Shown here piece after piece: positions 1-12,773 of a stretch of 64,000 nucleotides of DNA. The DNA is from Eledone cirrhosa (lineage: Eukaryota), in assembly GCA_964016885.1 (NCBI GenBank), contig OZ024752.1:37944001-38008000 (forward strand). Reading direction: 5' to 3'. The translations under genes and the position numbers were made by a program. Below the pieces are notes generated by a model, which did no database searches, was not told the origin of the DNA, and worked only from the letters and a program-made list of their open reading frames with translations. How positions within the stretch are numbered: position 1 is the stretch's first letter; the number at the start of each line of letters is the position of its first letter.

Positions 1-195
1 ATGGCCACAATCTTAAGATGGCCACAGTCTTAAAATGGCCACAGTCTTAAAATGGCCAGTCTTGAAATGGCCAGTCTTAAAATGGCCACAGTCTTAAAAT
101 GGCCACAGTTTAAGATGGCCATAGTTTAAGATGGCCATAGTTTTAAGATGGCCATAGTCTTAAGATGGCTACAGTTTTAAGATGGCTAGTCTTAC
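1..195. repeat. Minisatellite ~18-20 bp (aagatggccacagtctt)
   Basis: Direct inspection. Confidence 0.9.
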
Positions 196-697
196 TATAT
201 ATTCCACTAAGTATTTATTGAACTATGTATATATTCAACTATGTATATATTCCACTAAGTATATATTCCACTATGTATATATTCAACTATGTATATATTA
301 AACTAAGTATATATTCAACTATGTATATATTCAACTATGTATATATTCAACCATGTATATATTCAACTATGTATATATTCCACTAAGTATATATTCAACT
401 ATGTATATATTCCACTATGTATATATTCAACTATGTATATATTCAACATGTATATATTCCACTAAGTATATATTCAACTATGTATATATTCAACTATGTA
501 TATATTCAACTATGTATATATTCCACTAAGTATATATTCAACTATGTATATATTCAACTATGTATATATTAAACTATGTATGTATTCAATATATTCAACT
601 ATGTATATATTCCACTAAGTATATATTCCACTATGTATATATTCAACTATGTATATATTCAACTATGTATATATTCCACTATGTATATATATTCAAC
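196..697. repeat. Minisatellite ~16-17 bp (atgtatatattcaact)
   Basis: Direct inspection. Confidence 0.9.
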
Positions 698-904
698 TAC
701 GATGGTTGACTGAAAAGTTCATAGGCTGACCAAGATACTCTCATGGAATGATCAAATGAGATTTATTTTTCAACATAGTCCTTGGAAAGAAACAATGCAG
801 TTATTAATAAGAAGAGTTGAAATTAAATTAATGCATGTAAGATTTCATAGCTCTAAAATCAATCTTTCATAGTCAGCCTATGAACATTTCAGTTAACCCT
901 TGTA
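698..904. mobile_element. Mariner-derived MITE
   Basis: TA-flanked imperfect TIRs cgatggttgactgaaaagttcataggctgac / gtcagcctatgaacatttcagttaacccttg; related copies near 31143 and 31750-31950. Confidence 0.7.
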
Positions 905-1087
905 AGTATTTCAATGAAATACCAGGCTAAGAACATATTCAACTAAAAAAAAGCAGATGGTACCCCACCATGACAATAGTTTAATGCCAAAAGAGTAAAA
1001 AACCCCAACAAAATAGTAAGATAAACAACTACACTGATGGAACATTAGATGTTAAATTGGTAATAATGATCATAATGATGGTATACT

Positions 1088-1314
1088 TTAACCCTTTAGC
1101 GTTTACATTACTTTATATTTACTATTGCATTTTCACAGTAAACACTTTATCTCATAATTATCTCACATAATGTTGTATCTATGAGATTTTGATATTATTT
1201 ATTTATAGAACAATACTTTAACATAAGTATGAGCAGTCAGTTATGGCCGGTTTGAACAGAAAGAGGTGAGAGAATTCTGACCAGATACAGCTGGTTTAAA
1301 TGCTAAAGGGTTAA
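1088..1314. mobile_element. piggyBac-like MITE (TTAA-flanked); further copies ~29490-29702, 33375-33588, 37843-38050, 50072-50294, 53261-53490
   Basis: ttaa-ccctttagc ... gctaaaggg-ttaa termini, six copies in window. Confidence 0.75.
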
Positions 1315-1366
1315 TGAGCCAAAGCTATCTGAGCTATCTGAAGAGAACGAGGGGAAACATGCTTAC

Positions 1367-1428
1367 ATCTTTTAAATACTCAAGTTTTTTTAATTCTTCG
1401 TCAAATGAAATGAGCTGTGTTCGAGCCT
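1367..1428 (-). CDS. PROM1: Prominin-like exon: (Q)ARTQLISFDEELKKLEYLKD; gene continues beyond window start
   Basis: Acceptor ttttatctag, donor gtaagc; 62 nt, phase 1 to 0. Confidence 0.8.
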
Positions 1429-2757
1429 CTAGATAAAATAAAATAGATATTAGTTAAAGATAGATTCACAAAAATACCAACAGTTAAAGATAAATTCAGA
1501 AAAATATCAATAGTTAAAGATAAATTCACAAATATACCAACATTAAAATTAATGAAATGCAATGGTGAGTTTACTTTGAAGAAAAAATATTACTGACACT
1601 TTCTGTGAATATGCTAGACAGATCTTAGGTTTAGCATAGAACTGTATTGTACAAGTCATTGTATATAGTCATTTGTTTAAAAAATATAGCCTTTTGAAAT
1701 ATAACCTTTTTGATACACTCTTGAGTGTTGTCAATGCTTTGTCTCATAGTATCATATTGTATCTTAGGTCTTCAACTCCTTAAGGAATCACAGATGTGCT
1801 ATTGTAACATGCTGTATACTAGTCTTCTTCATCTGCCAGATTTCTGGGCTTTTTAATATTGCCTATATATCTTTTTCTCTATCTGCCACTCTTTCCCAGC
1901 CTCCCAGCCTCCAAAGTTACTTGTAGGATGGTCTTTGCAAGGCCACTGGATTGTTTTGACTGGCCAGTGACTTTCCTGAATTCCTCTGTTCTTTGTCAGG
2001 TTTTGTTTTTCATCCCGCAAGATGTCCAAAAATCCCCCTCCTCACCAAAGAAAGATTGGCGGTGTTGGTGGTTTAGTCGCTGACAACCCATCCATGTTAA
2101 CAGGTTATACTGGGTTACATGATATCAGTAGCACTTGCAAGCAACCTGACACAGTAGTCTGTGCTCTAGCACAAATATATTAAAATAATCAAAAGCCCAT
2201 CCAATATAGGTGAACTAAAAAAGGGTAAAATATTGAAGCAAGAAAACATCAGTAAATGTGACATGTTAATAACTCTCGCTCTGATTGATCGACGAGATCT
2301 CAGACCTCACTTGCTTGTCAAGTAGGGCAGACCTTGCCAAAACAGACCAAGGAAACAATGTTTCCATTGGTCTTTCTATTGTTGATACTATCTACCGGTT
2401 GCAACTCCTTGCAGAAGGAGCAACGTGAAATAAAGTGTCTTGCTCAAAGACACAATGCATCACCCTGTTCGAGAATTAAACTTGCAACTTCACAATTGTG
2501 AATCCAACTCTCTAAGCACTAAGTCACGTGCCTTCATCATCATCAAATGTCCATCTTCCACGCTAGCATGAGTTGGAGGTTTTGTCCCACTTGAGGCAAG
2601 ATTGGTTGGGAGACTGTGTCTCACTTGTACAGAACTGTTACTACATTAAAATAATTATCAAACTTACATAACTTACTTATTTTATTTTATTCAAGAAAAT
2701 ATCATTAAAATGATATATAATTTACTACATTAAAATATATATCAAAACATAACTTAC

Positions 2758-2821
2758 GTTCTTTACAAATGTCTATAATTCCAGAGATATTAATAGATAA
2801 TTCAATAAACCTCTTTTTAGC
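2758..2821 (-). CDS. PROM1: Prominin-like exon: AKKRFIELSINISGIIDICKE
   Basis: Acceptor cattgcag, donor gtaagt; 64 nt, phase 0 to 1. Confidence 0.82.
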
Positions 2822-2897
2822 CTGCAATGATGATTAAGAAAGAACACTACTTTATCAACTTCTGCTACAAGTTAATACATTTTTCAACTATCATTTG

Positions 2898-2970
<73 letters not shown>

Positions 2971-3186
2971 ATTACTTACAACAGTGACATGTACAGATGC
3001 AAGACAAACCACAACAGAAACACAAACCCTCCATCTCAATTTTACTTTTGAAAATCATAAGAACTGTGACACTAGTAAAGTAAATAAATATTCTTAAAAA
3101 GACTCCAGTTGCATTTTTAATTTATTTTCCTTATATTTTTACCCATGTGGGACATTTAAATAAGACCTTACTTTCTTATATATATA

Positions 3187-3512
3187 CAGGGTCGGACGAT
3201 ATTTGTTCGCAAGGAAAAATAACACAGTAGTTTTATTTTTTAAGATTTATTTATCAAACTTGGGTCAGTTTGTCTTCATGACTTGTTATTTCGATCTCAC
3301 TCGATAAACCCGCCATTGGCTTTGATGACGGCCTCAAGGTGGCCTTGGAACCGGCTGCAGGCCTTCGTCACTGTCCCCTGACTTAGGGCCCTAAAGGCAC
3401 TTGTGATCCTGGCCTTCAGATCGTCTTTCGTATTGCAGCTAGATCTGTTGGTGTCTCGTTCCACTGCGCCCCACACAAAGAAGTCGAGGGGGTTGCAGTC
3501 AGGCGAGCTGGG
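3187..3512 (-). mobile_element. Tc1/mariner transposon 3' fragment
   Basis: SSPDCNPLDFFVWG..FQGHLEAVIKANGGFIE transposase C-terminus; TA-flanked end tacagggtcggac. Confidence 0.85.
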
Positions 3513-3524
3513 ATGGGGGGGGGG

Positions 3525-4095
3525 GGGGGGGCTCGAGGCCATAGTATCTAGAATAAGGACGGGTTGGAAGAAGTTTAGGGAGCTGCTTCCTCTGTTGACA
3601 AAGAAGAGTTTCTCCCTGCGTACAAAAGGCCGGTTTTATGATACCTGTGTGAGGAGCGCGATGCTGCATGGTAGTGAGACATGGGCAGCAACTGCAGAGG
3701 ATATGCAACGGCTGGAGAGAAATGAGGCAAGCATGCTCCGTTGGATGTGCAATGTCAATGTGTGTGAATGACCGAGCATGGATGTGTTGAGAGAGAAACT
3801 GTGTCTGAAAGGGATAGATTGTAGTGTGTGAGAGAGAGAGAGGAGACTGCGATGGTATGGACATACGATGCGCATGCAGGATGACCGATGGGTGAAGAAG
3901 TGCCAGGAAATGCCAGTTGAAGGAAGACGTGGTAGAGGTAGACCACGAAAAATATGGGCGGAGGTGGTGAGAGCAGACCTCAGATAGCTGAAGCTCACGA
4001 TGGAGATGACGAAGGACCATGACACGTGGAGAGATGCTGTGCTGAATAGGACCCGTCCCACCCTTGTAAGCAGGGATGTAAAATGATGATGATAA
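3525..4095 (+). mobile_element. RTE-clade LINE 3' fragment
   Basis: SRIRTGWKKFRELLPLL..SAMLHGSETWA..RWYGH..GRGRP; ends in (tga)n tail. Confidence 0.9.
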
Positions 4096-4226
4096 TAATA
4101 ATAATTGTTTCTACTTTTAACACAAGGCCAGCAATTATATATATATATTCTTAATCAAGTAGACATTTTTATATTATTTATAATTTAAAAAGAAATCCAT
4201 ATAATTTTGAAATATATGTAACTTAC

Positions 4227-4295
4227 TTGAATAGCAAGATCGGTAATATTCAAGGCTTCAGTTAACTTTTTTAATATTGCTTTTTGATCATTCAA
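4227..4295 (-). CDS. PROM1: Prominin-like exon downstream of the array: LNDQKAILKKLTEALNITDLAIQ
   Basis: Acceptor ttttattccag, donor gtaagt; 69 nt, phase 0-0, compatible with every cassette. Confidence 0.85.
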
Positions 4296-4367
4296 CTGGA
4301 ATAAAACGAAGGAGTGGGTATAATTAGTTTTGATGAAAATCAATATTCGTAAATAGAACAACAACTA

Positions 4368-5057
4368 TCTAAACTATAATAAAGTAAGGAGTGCAGGACT
4401 GCGTACGGCTTATTTCTTTTAATCCAGTTAATAAAATAAGTTGGATTACTTTGAATAAATGATGAATGAATATTACATAATTTATCTACTAAATTTCGTA
4501 GCTGTTGATTAAATATATTTTATTACTTATTTAAAGATTCACTTCTTTAAAATTTTCAAATGTCAACACTTCCTGTTAGCGATTGCTTATATCAACATTC
4601 ATATATTTCCGTCACTAATTTCCTCCTAATGCAGTTTATATATAACATCGTCTTTTTTTAATGTAACATCGTCTTTTTTTAATTAATCAGTAACGTAATC
4701 ATGGATTACGTTACTGATTACATAAGACAGTGTAACACAGTCTTCGTTCAATTTCTGTGTATATTGTCAATTATGATTTTATTTGATGTATCATATCTAC
4801 ATGTATATATACTTGCGTATAATATCAATATGCACACTACACATGCTAGCATATCTACATGTATATATACTTGCGTATAATATCAATATGCACACTACAC
4901 ATGCTAGCATATCTACATGTATATATACTTGCGTATAATATCAATATGCACACTACACATGCTAGCATATCTACATGTATATATACTTGCGTATAATATC
5001 AATATACACACTACACATGCTAGCAGAAAACCACCCGAAGGGTGGTTTTTCTGCTAG
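4368..5057 (+). mobile_element. Non-autonomous Helitron with internal ~58 bp tandem repeat; copies at 41749-42286 (+) and ~50356-51359 (-, interrupted by SINEs)
   Basis: A|TC 5' end (tctaaactataataaag), 3' hairpin gcagaaaaccacc-cgaa-gggtggtttttctgc followed by CTAG|T. Confidence 0.75.
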
Positions 5058-5104
5058 TATCAATAATGCAATTTGAAAGAAAGAGATACATTGTTGTCTA
5101 GCCC

Positions 5105-6095
5105 CGTACTAGTCCTGTATTAGCTCTATATTAGCCCTGTATCAGCTCCATATTATCTCCATACTAGCCCTATATCAACTCCATATTATCCTTATATCAA
5201 CTCAATACTAGCCCTATATTAGCTCCATATTAGTCCTATCTTAGCCCTATATCAGCTCCATATTAGTCCTTTATCAGCTCCATATTAACTCCATACTATC
5301 CCTATATTAGCTCCATACTAGTCCTATATTAGCTCCAGATTAGCCCTATATTAACCCTATATTAGCTCCATATTAGCTCCATATTAGCTCTATACCAGCT
5401 CCATATTAGTCCTTTATCAGCTCCATATTAACTCCATACTATCCCTATATTAGCTCTATACTAGTCCTATATTAGCTCCAGATTAGCCCTATATTAACCC
5501 TATATTAGCCCTATATCAGCTCCATATTAGCCCTATATCAGCTCCATATTAGTCCTTTATCAGCTCCATATTAACTCCATACTATCCCTATATTAGCTCC
5601 ATACTAGTCCTATATTAGCTCCAGATTAGCCCTATATTAACTCAATACTAGCCCTATATTAGCTCCATATTAGTCCTATCTTAGCCCTATATCAGCTCCA
5701 TATTAGTCCTTTATCAGCTCCATATTAACTCCATACTATCCCTATATTAGCTCCATACTAGTCCTATATTAGCTCCAGATTAGCCCTATATTAGTCCTAT
5801 ATTAGCTCCATATTAGTCCTATCTTAGCCCTATATCAGCTCCATATTAGTCCTTTATCAGCTCCATATTAGCTCCATACTAGTCCTATATTAGCTCCAGA
5901 TTAGCTCTATATTAGCCCTATATTAGCTCCATATTAGCCCTATATCAGCTCCATATTAGTCCTTTATCAGCTCCATATTAACTCCATACTATCCCTATAT
6001 TAGCTCTATACTAGTCCTATATTAGCTCCAGATTAGCCCTATATTAACCCTATATTAGCTCCATATTAGCTCTATACCAGCTCCATATTAGCCCT
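5105..6095. repeat. 11 bp minisatellite (tattagctcca variants)
   Basis: Direct inspection. Confidence 0.92.
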
Positions 6096-7494
6096 AAATG
6101 AACAGATTTATGATGAAGAACTCTAACCTTAACCAACCCATCTTTTTTAGTGTATAAGGACAGATTGTCTAATGTTTCCTTCCCATCTCAAAACGTTAGG
6201 GTGTGATTTGAGGGAGATTTAGCTACTATTTCCAGCAGGCTGAGCCTCCAAATATCTGCTCCATTGATAATAGCTCAAGATTATTTAACATCTGCTTCCA
6301 ATCTCAAAACATTAGTGTGTGATTTTCAGAAACAAATAAACAACAACAACAGCAGCAACAAAGACAGAGATAAGTGAATATAAAAAATATAAATCAATGT
6401 AAACGTCCGTATAGAGCTAGTAAGCCATGACAGACTAGAAGTATCTAGTACTTCTTACAGTTGAGAAACAAAAAAACAACAACAATATAGACAGAGATAA
6501 GATAATATAAATAAAAAAAGATAATATACATAAAAAAAAAAAACGAAAAAGTGAATATAAAAATAAAATGAAAGAAAAAATTAAATATGAAAGGTTAACG
6601 TGTAGCAAAATATGTATTAAAAAGAGAGAAAGAAAAATAGAAAACAAGGAAGGTGTTAAAGCTGCTAGAAGGTTCTGTTGTTGAATCTTTAGGTAACCTC
6701 CATGTACAATACAACAACATCGAAGTTTTTTAAACTCTTTCCATCTTTGCTAGTGTGGATATCTGAATATAAAATATTTTTAAAATTTCTCATTATATTG
6801 ATTAAAATATGATTAAAATACACAAACAATCCTAAGTTTTGAACAAGAAATGCTAGAAAATGTAAGACTAATTCATAATAAGTTATTGTTTAGCCCATGG
6901 TCAACCCTGATTGATCAGACATATAATCAAAAGTATACCAGTTCTGACCATCCCATCTTTTTTTCCAGACAGTGTATCTCGGATTGCCATTATCCAATGT
7001 ATCTTGACCTTTTTGAAGATGGTATGGAGGAATGTAAGTGAGATTTAGCAACTATTTCTAGCAGGACGAGTGACCACATAGTAGTTATTTTCGTCAGTTG
7101 GTTCAATTATGAAAACAGTGATCGGTGGTTAATAATATCTGAAACTATGAAACCATGGTAAAAAGAGTTGAAAACACTCTTTAGTTGGTCAAGAACATGA
7201 CATCCTTTCTAGTGTTGGAGGTAAACAAGATAAACACATCCTTTCTAGTGTTGGTGGTCAACAGGATAAACATATCCTCTCTAGTGTTGGAGGTCAATAA
7301 GATAAACATATTCCCTCTAGTGTTGGTGGTCAATAAGATACATCCTCTCTAATGTTGGTGGTCAATAAGATAAATACATCCAGTGGTTGGTGTTAGGATG
7401 TGTTTTCAACCACAGAAACCATGCATGCCATGTATGAATACTGACTTGGTTTGTGACAACACTTCCTACACATGCTAGGAGAATGGATGTTAAA

Positions 7495-7528
<34 letters not shown>

Positions 7529-7599
7529 TATGGTGATGATAATGCTGATAATGATGATGATAAACAGTGACAAGGTAATTAGAAGTTTCAAAAACATAC

Positions 7600-7674
7600 C
7601 CGACTATAATTTGAAATAAGTTTTAGGTCTCGGACATACTTTCTGAGATCATCACAATTAGGACATTTCTTCTC
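7600..7674 (-). CDS. Cassette mini-exon 19: EKKCPNCDDLRKYVRDLKLISNYSR
   Basis: ttttacag/gtatgt, 75 nt, open phase 0-0, CxxC; most similar in pattern to the template segment. Confidence 0.8.
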
Positions 7675-8421
7675 CTGTAAAATGTTATATTGTATATGAC
7701 TCAAGTTAGATTATAGTGTTAGGTCAAGGACAGTTAATCTAACTAATAATTGACTCAGACTGATCCCTGGGGCTCTTGTTCTTTTTATTACCATCTTGAC
7801 ACAACAAACTCTCCAATGTTGGTGCCACGAAAGATACATCAAGTATACCCTATCAGATGGTTGGTGATAGGAAGGGCATCCAGCAGTACAAACCATACTG
7901 AAAAGGGTTGAAAGGAATCTTCAGTTGTATCAAGTGGTCAGTAGCTCTGCATGAGTAATTTGTCTTGTATAAGAGACAGCTGCAATTATGTGATGCCCCT
8001 TAGGTGTTGTCACCAGCTCACGGTGGTGGGATTAGGATGTGTGGAGTCTTAATGGTTGTTGCTCATTGACACCTTTGTATATAAGGACTCAAGGTGTCAT
8101 GAGGTAAGTCAGCTCTCAATCCAAGTTTTCTCTGAGATATGATGGCATGGCGTTATATATGAGTAGTGTGACATTGAGGTTGATGCTGAGCTGGCAATTG
8201 GCCTCCTTAGTATTCAGCTGAACTATTGGATTCATTCAGGTGGAATGCTATTGCATTGTTTTTGCCACACAAAGCTCCAATCTCCAGATCTTGAAATTGA
8301 AATACGTTGCCAGTGCTGACATGTTGTTTGTGAACCCTTCCTACCCTTGCAAGTAAGGGGAACAGATGTTAAATGATGATGTTTCATAATACCAATGTGA
8401 TTAGAAGTTTCACGAACATAC

Positions 8422-8487
8422 CTTAGCAAACCGATCAACAGCTCTTATAAAATCCTCCTCAGTACAAGAATCACAATCCAAGCACGG
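8422..8487 (-). CDS. Cassette mini-exon 18: PCLDCDSCTEEDFIRAVDRFAK
   Basis: ttttacag/gtatgt, 66 nt, open phase 0-0, CxxCxxC. Confidence 0.75.
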
Positions 8488-9499
8488 CTGTAAAATGTTA
8501 TATTTTATTTTTAGAAACATCATATTCTATATGAATCAAGTTAAATTGGGGTGTTAGGCCAAGGACAGTCAATCTATTTAATGATTGACAAAGACTATTC
8601 CCTGGGGCTCTTGTTTATTTTATCATAATCATTACACAGCAATCTCTCTAGTGTTAGTACCACAAAAAATACATCCAGTATACCCTTCAAGGTGGTTGGT
8701 GATAGGAAGGGCATCCAGCAGTACAAACCATACACAAATGGGTTAAAACGAATCTTCAGTTGTATCAAGTGGTCAGTAGCTCTGCTTGAGTAATTTTTCT
8801 TGTATAAAAAACAGCTGCAATTATGTGATGTTCCTTTAGTTTTGTACCCAACTCATGGCGGTAGGATTAGGATGTGTAAGGTCCATATTCTCAGATGAGC
8901 ACAGATCTGGACAATTTCACAATATATGTGGAACATTCGACACTGTTAAGCAACACTAGAGAGTTGCTGATGGACACAGCCCCTTAGGAGTGCATGGCTG
9001 CATTGAATCGGTCGACACGGTGTAAAATAGAAACATCCAGTGATAACCATCAAGGTGTTATTCAGGGATACAGCTAACTTCCTAGTTTGGGAGCTCCAGC
9101 ACCATACAAAGTAGGTGTACTCCACAACATTGTAGACCAAGATAGGGTACTGGTATGTAGGGTGCATGTGCTAGTACCCCATGATAAACATGTCAAGCAG
9201 TGGAGATGGTTGTTCTTCATGGACAAAAGGACTTGAGGTGGTGTCTACCTGTCAGCTTTTAGTTCAATTTTACTCCATTATATAGGAATGGTATCCTATT
9301 GAGGTTAATGCTGAATTGGCGATCAACTTCCTTCAAGTGGAATGTTATATCAGTCATGCTCAGAGTCAATCTCCAGATCTTGAAATATGTTGCCAGTACT
9401 GACTATGTCCGTGAACCCTTCCTACCCTTTGAAGTAAGGGGAATTGATGTTAAATGTTGATGTACAGTGATAATATAATTAGAAGTTTCAGGAACATAC

Positions 9500-9562
9500 C
9501 TGAGATAAATTTTTAAGAGCTTCATCGTATTGAAGTCCTTGACAAATGTCGCAGTCCCATAC
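9500..9562 (-). CDS. Cassette mini-exon 17: VWDCDICQGLQYDEALKNLSQ
   Basis: ttttacag/gtatgt, 63 nt, open phase 0-0, CxxC. Confidence 0.73.
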
Positions 9563-10950
9563 CTGTAAAATGTTATATTTTATGGGAGTCGAGTTAGATT
9601 GTAATGTTAGGCCAAGGACATAATTCTATCCAATGACTGACTCAGACTTATCCCTGGGGCTCTTGTTCCTCTTATTATAATCATGATGCAACAACTTATC
9701 TAGTGTTGGTGCCACAAAAGATACATCCAGTATACCTTTTAAGATGGTTGGTGATAGGAAAGGCATCCAGTAGTAAAAACCATACTGAAAAGAGTTGAAA
9801 GGAGTCTTCAGCTGTGTCAAGTGATCAGTAGCTCTGCTTGAGTAATTTTTCTTGTATAAGAAAAATTACTCAAGCAGAGCTACTGATTAAGCTGTAATTA
9901 TGTGATGTTCCTTAGGTGTTGTCACCAGCTCACGGTGGTGAGATTAGAATGTGTGGGGTCTATATTCTCAGGTGGACAGAGATCAAAGCACTCAATATAT
10001 GTGGAGCATTCTGTACTGGTGAACTACACTACTAAGCTACTGATGGACACAGCACCAAGCAATGTATGCCTGCACTGAATCGGCTGAAGTGTACATAGCT
10101 GGATGAGGGTCACAATGTCACCCTTGAGTGAGGTTTGCACCTGGGATGAGGGCTGTATAGGAGATGACGTACAATTGGGCTGATTAAGATATCTGTTGAC
10201 AGCTAACTCTCCATGTCTGAAGTATGTTGAAATCCAAGTCTCGCAGTTCTGCAATGACATGAGGAATTTAAGACAGTATGACTTTAAGTGTTGTTGGCTC
10301 AGTAGTTGAGAATTGTCAGCCGTCATGGAGCAGATGATTTGGGTCTATTCAGGCATTGGTTATCAACCTATGTGTGTGATGTTCCTTATAGAAAGGTGTA
10401 GGAACAATGCTTGAAAGAACAGGTAGATACTCAGTCTAAGCTGGAGACATCTTGTGATAACCATCAAGGTGTTATTCTGAGATATATCTAGTTTCTTAGA
10501 GTGGGAGCTTCTGCACAATGTAGCAGAGAGATACTCCATAGTAGACTAATATAGGGTACTGGTACGTAAGGTGGCTATGCTAGCACCCAATGGTAAACCT
10601 TCAATACAGTGTAGAAAGTCGTTCCCTGTAGACAACTTTGCAGATAAGGACTTCTAATGTTGTCTGTAAGTCAGCTGTCAGGCCAATTTCACTCAAAGAA
10701 AAGAGTGAGTGGTGTTATATGGGAATGGTATTTCATCGAGGTTAATACTGAACTGGCGATTGGCTTCCTTTAGGTGGAATGACATATCAGTCATTCTTGC
10801 CATGCTCAACTTCAATCTCCAGATCTTGAAATATGTTGCCAGTACTGACTTGGTGTTTGTGAACCCTTCCTACCCTTGCAAGTAAGGAGAACAGATGTTA
10901 AATGATGATGATGTACAGTGACAATGTTATCAGAAGTTTCATGAACATAC

Positions 10951-11016
10951 CTCATTCAAATCATTAATAGCGTTTAAGAAATCATCATCAGTACATTCAA
11001 TGCATTCCTTGCACGG
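10951..11016 (-). CDS. Cassette mini-exon 16: PCKECIECTDDDFLNAINDLNE
   Basis: ttttacag/gtatgt, 66 nt, open phase 0-0, CxxCxxC. Confidence 0.75.
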
Positions 11017-12003
11017 CTGTAAAATGTTACATTTTATTTTTAGAAATCTCATATTTTATACGAGTCAAGTTAGATTATAATGTTAAGCCAAAGACAGTCA
11101 AACTATCTAATAATTGACTCAGACTGATCCCTGGGGCTCTTGTTCCTTTTATTATAATCATGACATGACAACCTCTCTAGTGTTGGTGTCACAAAAGATA
11201 CATCTAGTATACCATTAAGATGGTTGGTGATAGGAAGGGCATCCAGCAGTAAAAACCATATTGAAAAGGGTTGAAAAGAGTCTTCAGTTGTATCAAGTGG
11301 TCAGTAGCTCTGATTGAGTAATTTTTCTTTTATAAATGTGATGTCCCTTAGGACAGAGATCCGGGCACTTAATGTATGTTGAGCAGTCTGTACTGATAAA
11401 CTATACTAACAGGCTGCTGAATGACACAGCATACAGCAGCGCATGGCTACATTGAATTAGCCAACACTGGCCCCAAGTGGTTTATCGCCTGGTTTGAGGG
11501 GTGTAGAACAAATGTCTGAGAGCAGAGGTAGATACTCAGTTGATGTAGGATGGAGACAATCAGTGATAACCATCAAGGTGTTGTTCATGGATATATCCAG
11601 CTTCTTAGAGTGGGAGCTCCTGCACCATACAAGGGAGGTGTACTCCTCAGCACTGTAGACAAAGATAGGGTCCTGGTATGTAGGGTGGATATGCTAGCAT
11701 CCTATGATAAAGCCAATAAGCAGTGTAGAAGGTTGGTCCTTAGTGACACCTTTGCATGTAAGGACTCGAGGTGCTGTCTGTAGCTCAGCTGTTAATGCAA
11801 TTTTACTCCGAGAAAGAAGCGTGTGACATTATATGGGAATGCCATATCAGTCATGCTCAACTTCAATCTCCAGAGCTTAAAATATGTTGCCAGTACTAAC
11901 TTGGTCTTTTATGAACATCTTCCTACCCATGTTAGTAAGGAGAACAGATGTTAAATGATGATGTTGCATATTGACAATGTAATTAGAAATTTAAGTGACA
12001 TAC

Positions 12004-12069
12004 CCGAGATATACTTGCAAGACTTTCTTCAAAATTCAGTCCCATGCAAATACCGCAATCCAATAGCGG
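12004..12069 (-). CDS. Cassette mini-exon 15: PLLDCGICMGLNFEESLASISR
   Basis: ttttacag/gtatgt, 66 nt, open phase 0-0, CxxC. Confidence 0.75.
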
Positions 12070-12716
12070 CTGTAAAATGTTATATTCTATAAGTCAAGTT
12101 AGATTGTAGTATTAGGTCAAGGACAGTCAATCTATCTAATAATCGACTCAGACTGATCCCTGGGGCTCTTGTTCCTATTATAATCCGGACACGATAATCT
12201 CTCCAGTGCTGGTGCCACAAACGATACATCCACTATACCCTCTAAGATGGTTGGTGATAGGAAGGGCATCCAGCAGTAAAAAAACTATACTGAAAATGGG
12301 TAAAAGAAGTCTTCAGTTGTATCAAGTGGTCAGTAGCTCTGCTTGTGTAATTTTTCTTGTATAAAAGGCAACTGCAATTATGTACCTTAGGTGTTGTAAC
12401 TAACTCACAGTGGTAGGGTTAGGATGTGTGTGTCCATATTCTCAGGTGGCCAGAGATCCTGGTACTCTCTCAAAATATGTGGAGCATTCTGTACTGGTGA
12501 ACCATACTAGCAGGCTCCTGCTGGACACAGCCCCCTGTGGTGAATCATGCCGTATCAGTCATCTTTGCCATGCTCAGCTTCAATCTCCAGATCTGGAAAT
12601 ATGTTGCCATTACTAACTTGGTGTATGTGAACCCTTCCTACCCTTTCAAATAAGGAGAACAGATGTTAAATGACAATGATGTACAGTGACAACAATTAGA
12701 AGTTTCACGAACATAC

Positions 12717-12773
12717 CTTATTATTAGGTAATTTCGGTTTGTGTTTGTTACAAAATCTGCAATGATCATTCAA
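12717..12773 (-). CDS. Cassette mini-exon 14: LNDHCRFCNKHKPKLPNNK
   Basis: ttttacag/gtatgt, 57 nt, open phase 0-0, CxxC. Confidence 0.72.

Noticed and set aside
3403-3771. Apparent mariner-RTE fusion ORF across a poly-G run
   Set aside because: Opposite-strand fragments of two decayed elements juxtaposed; not a gene
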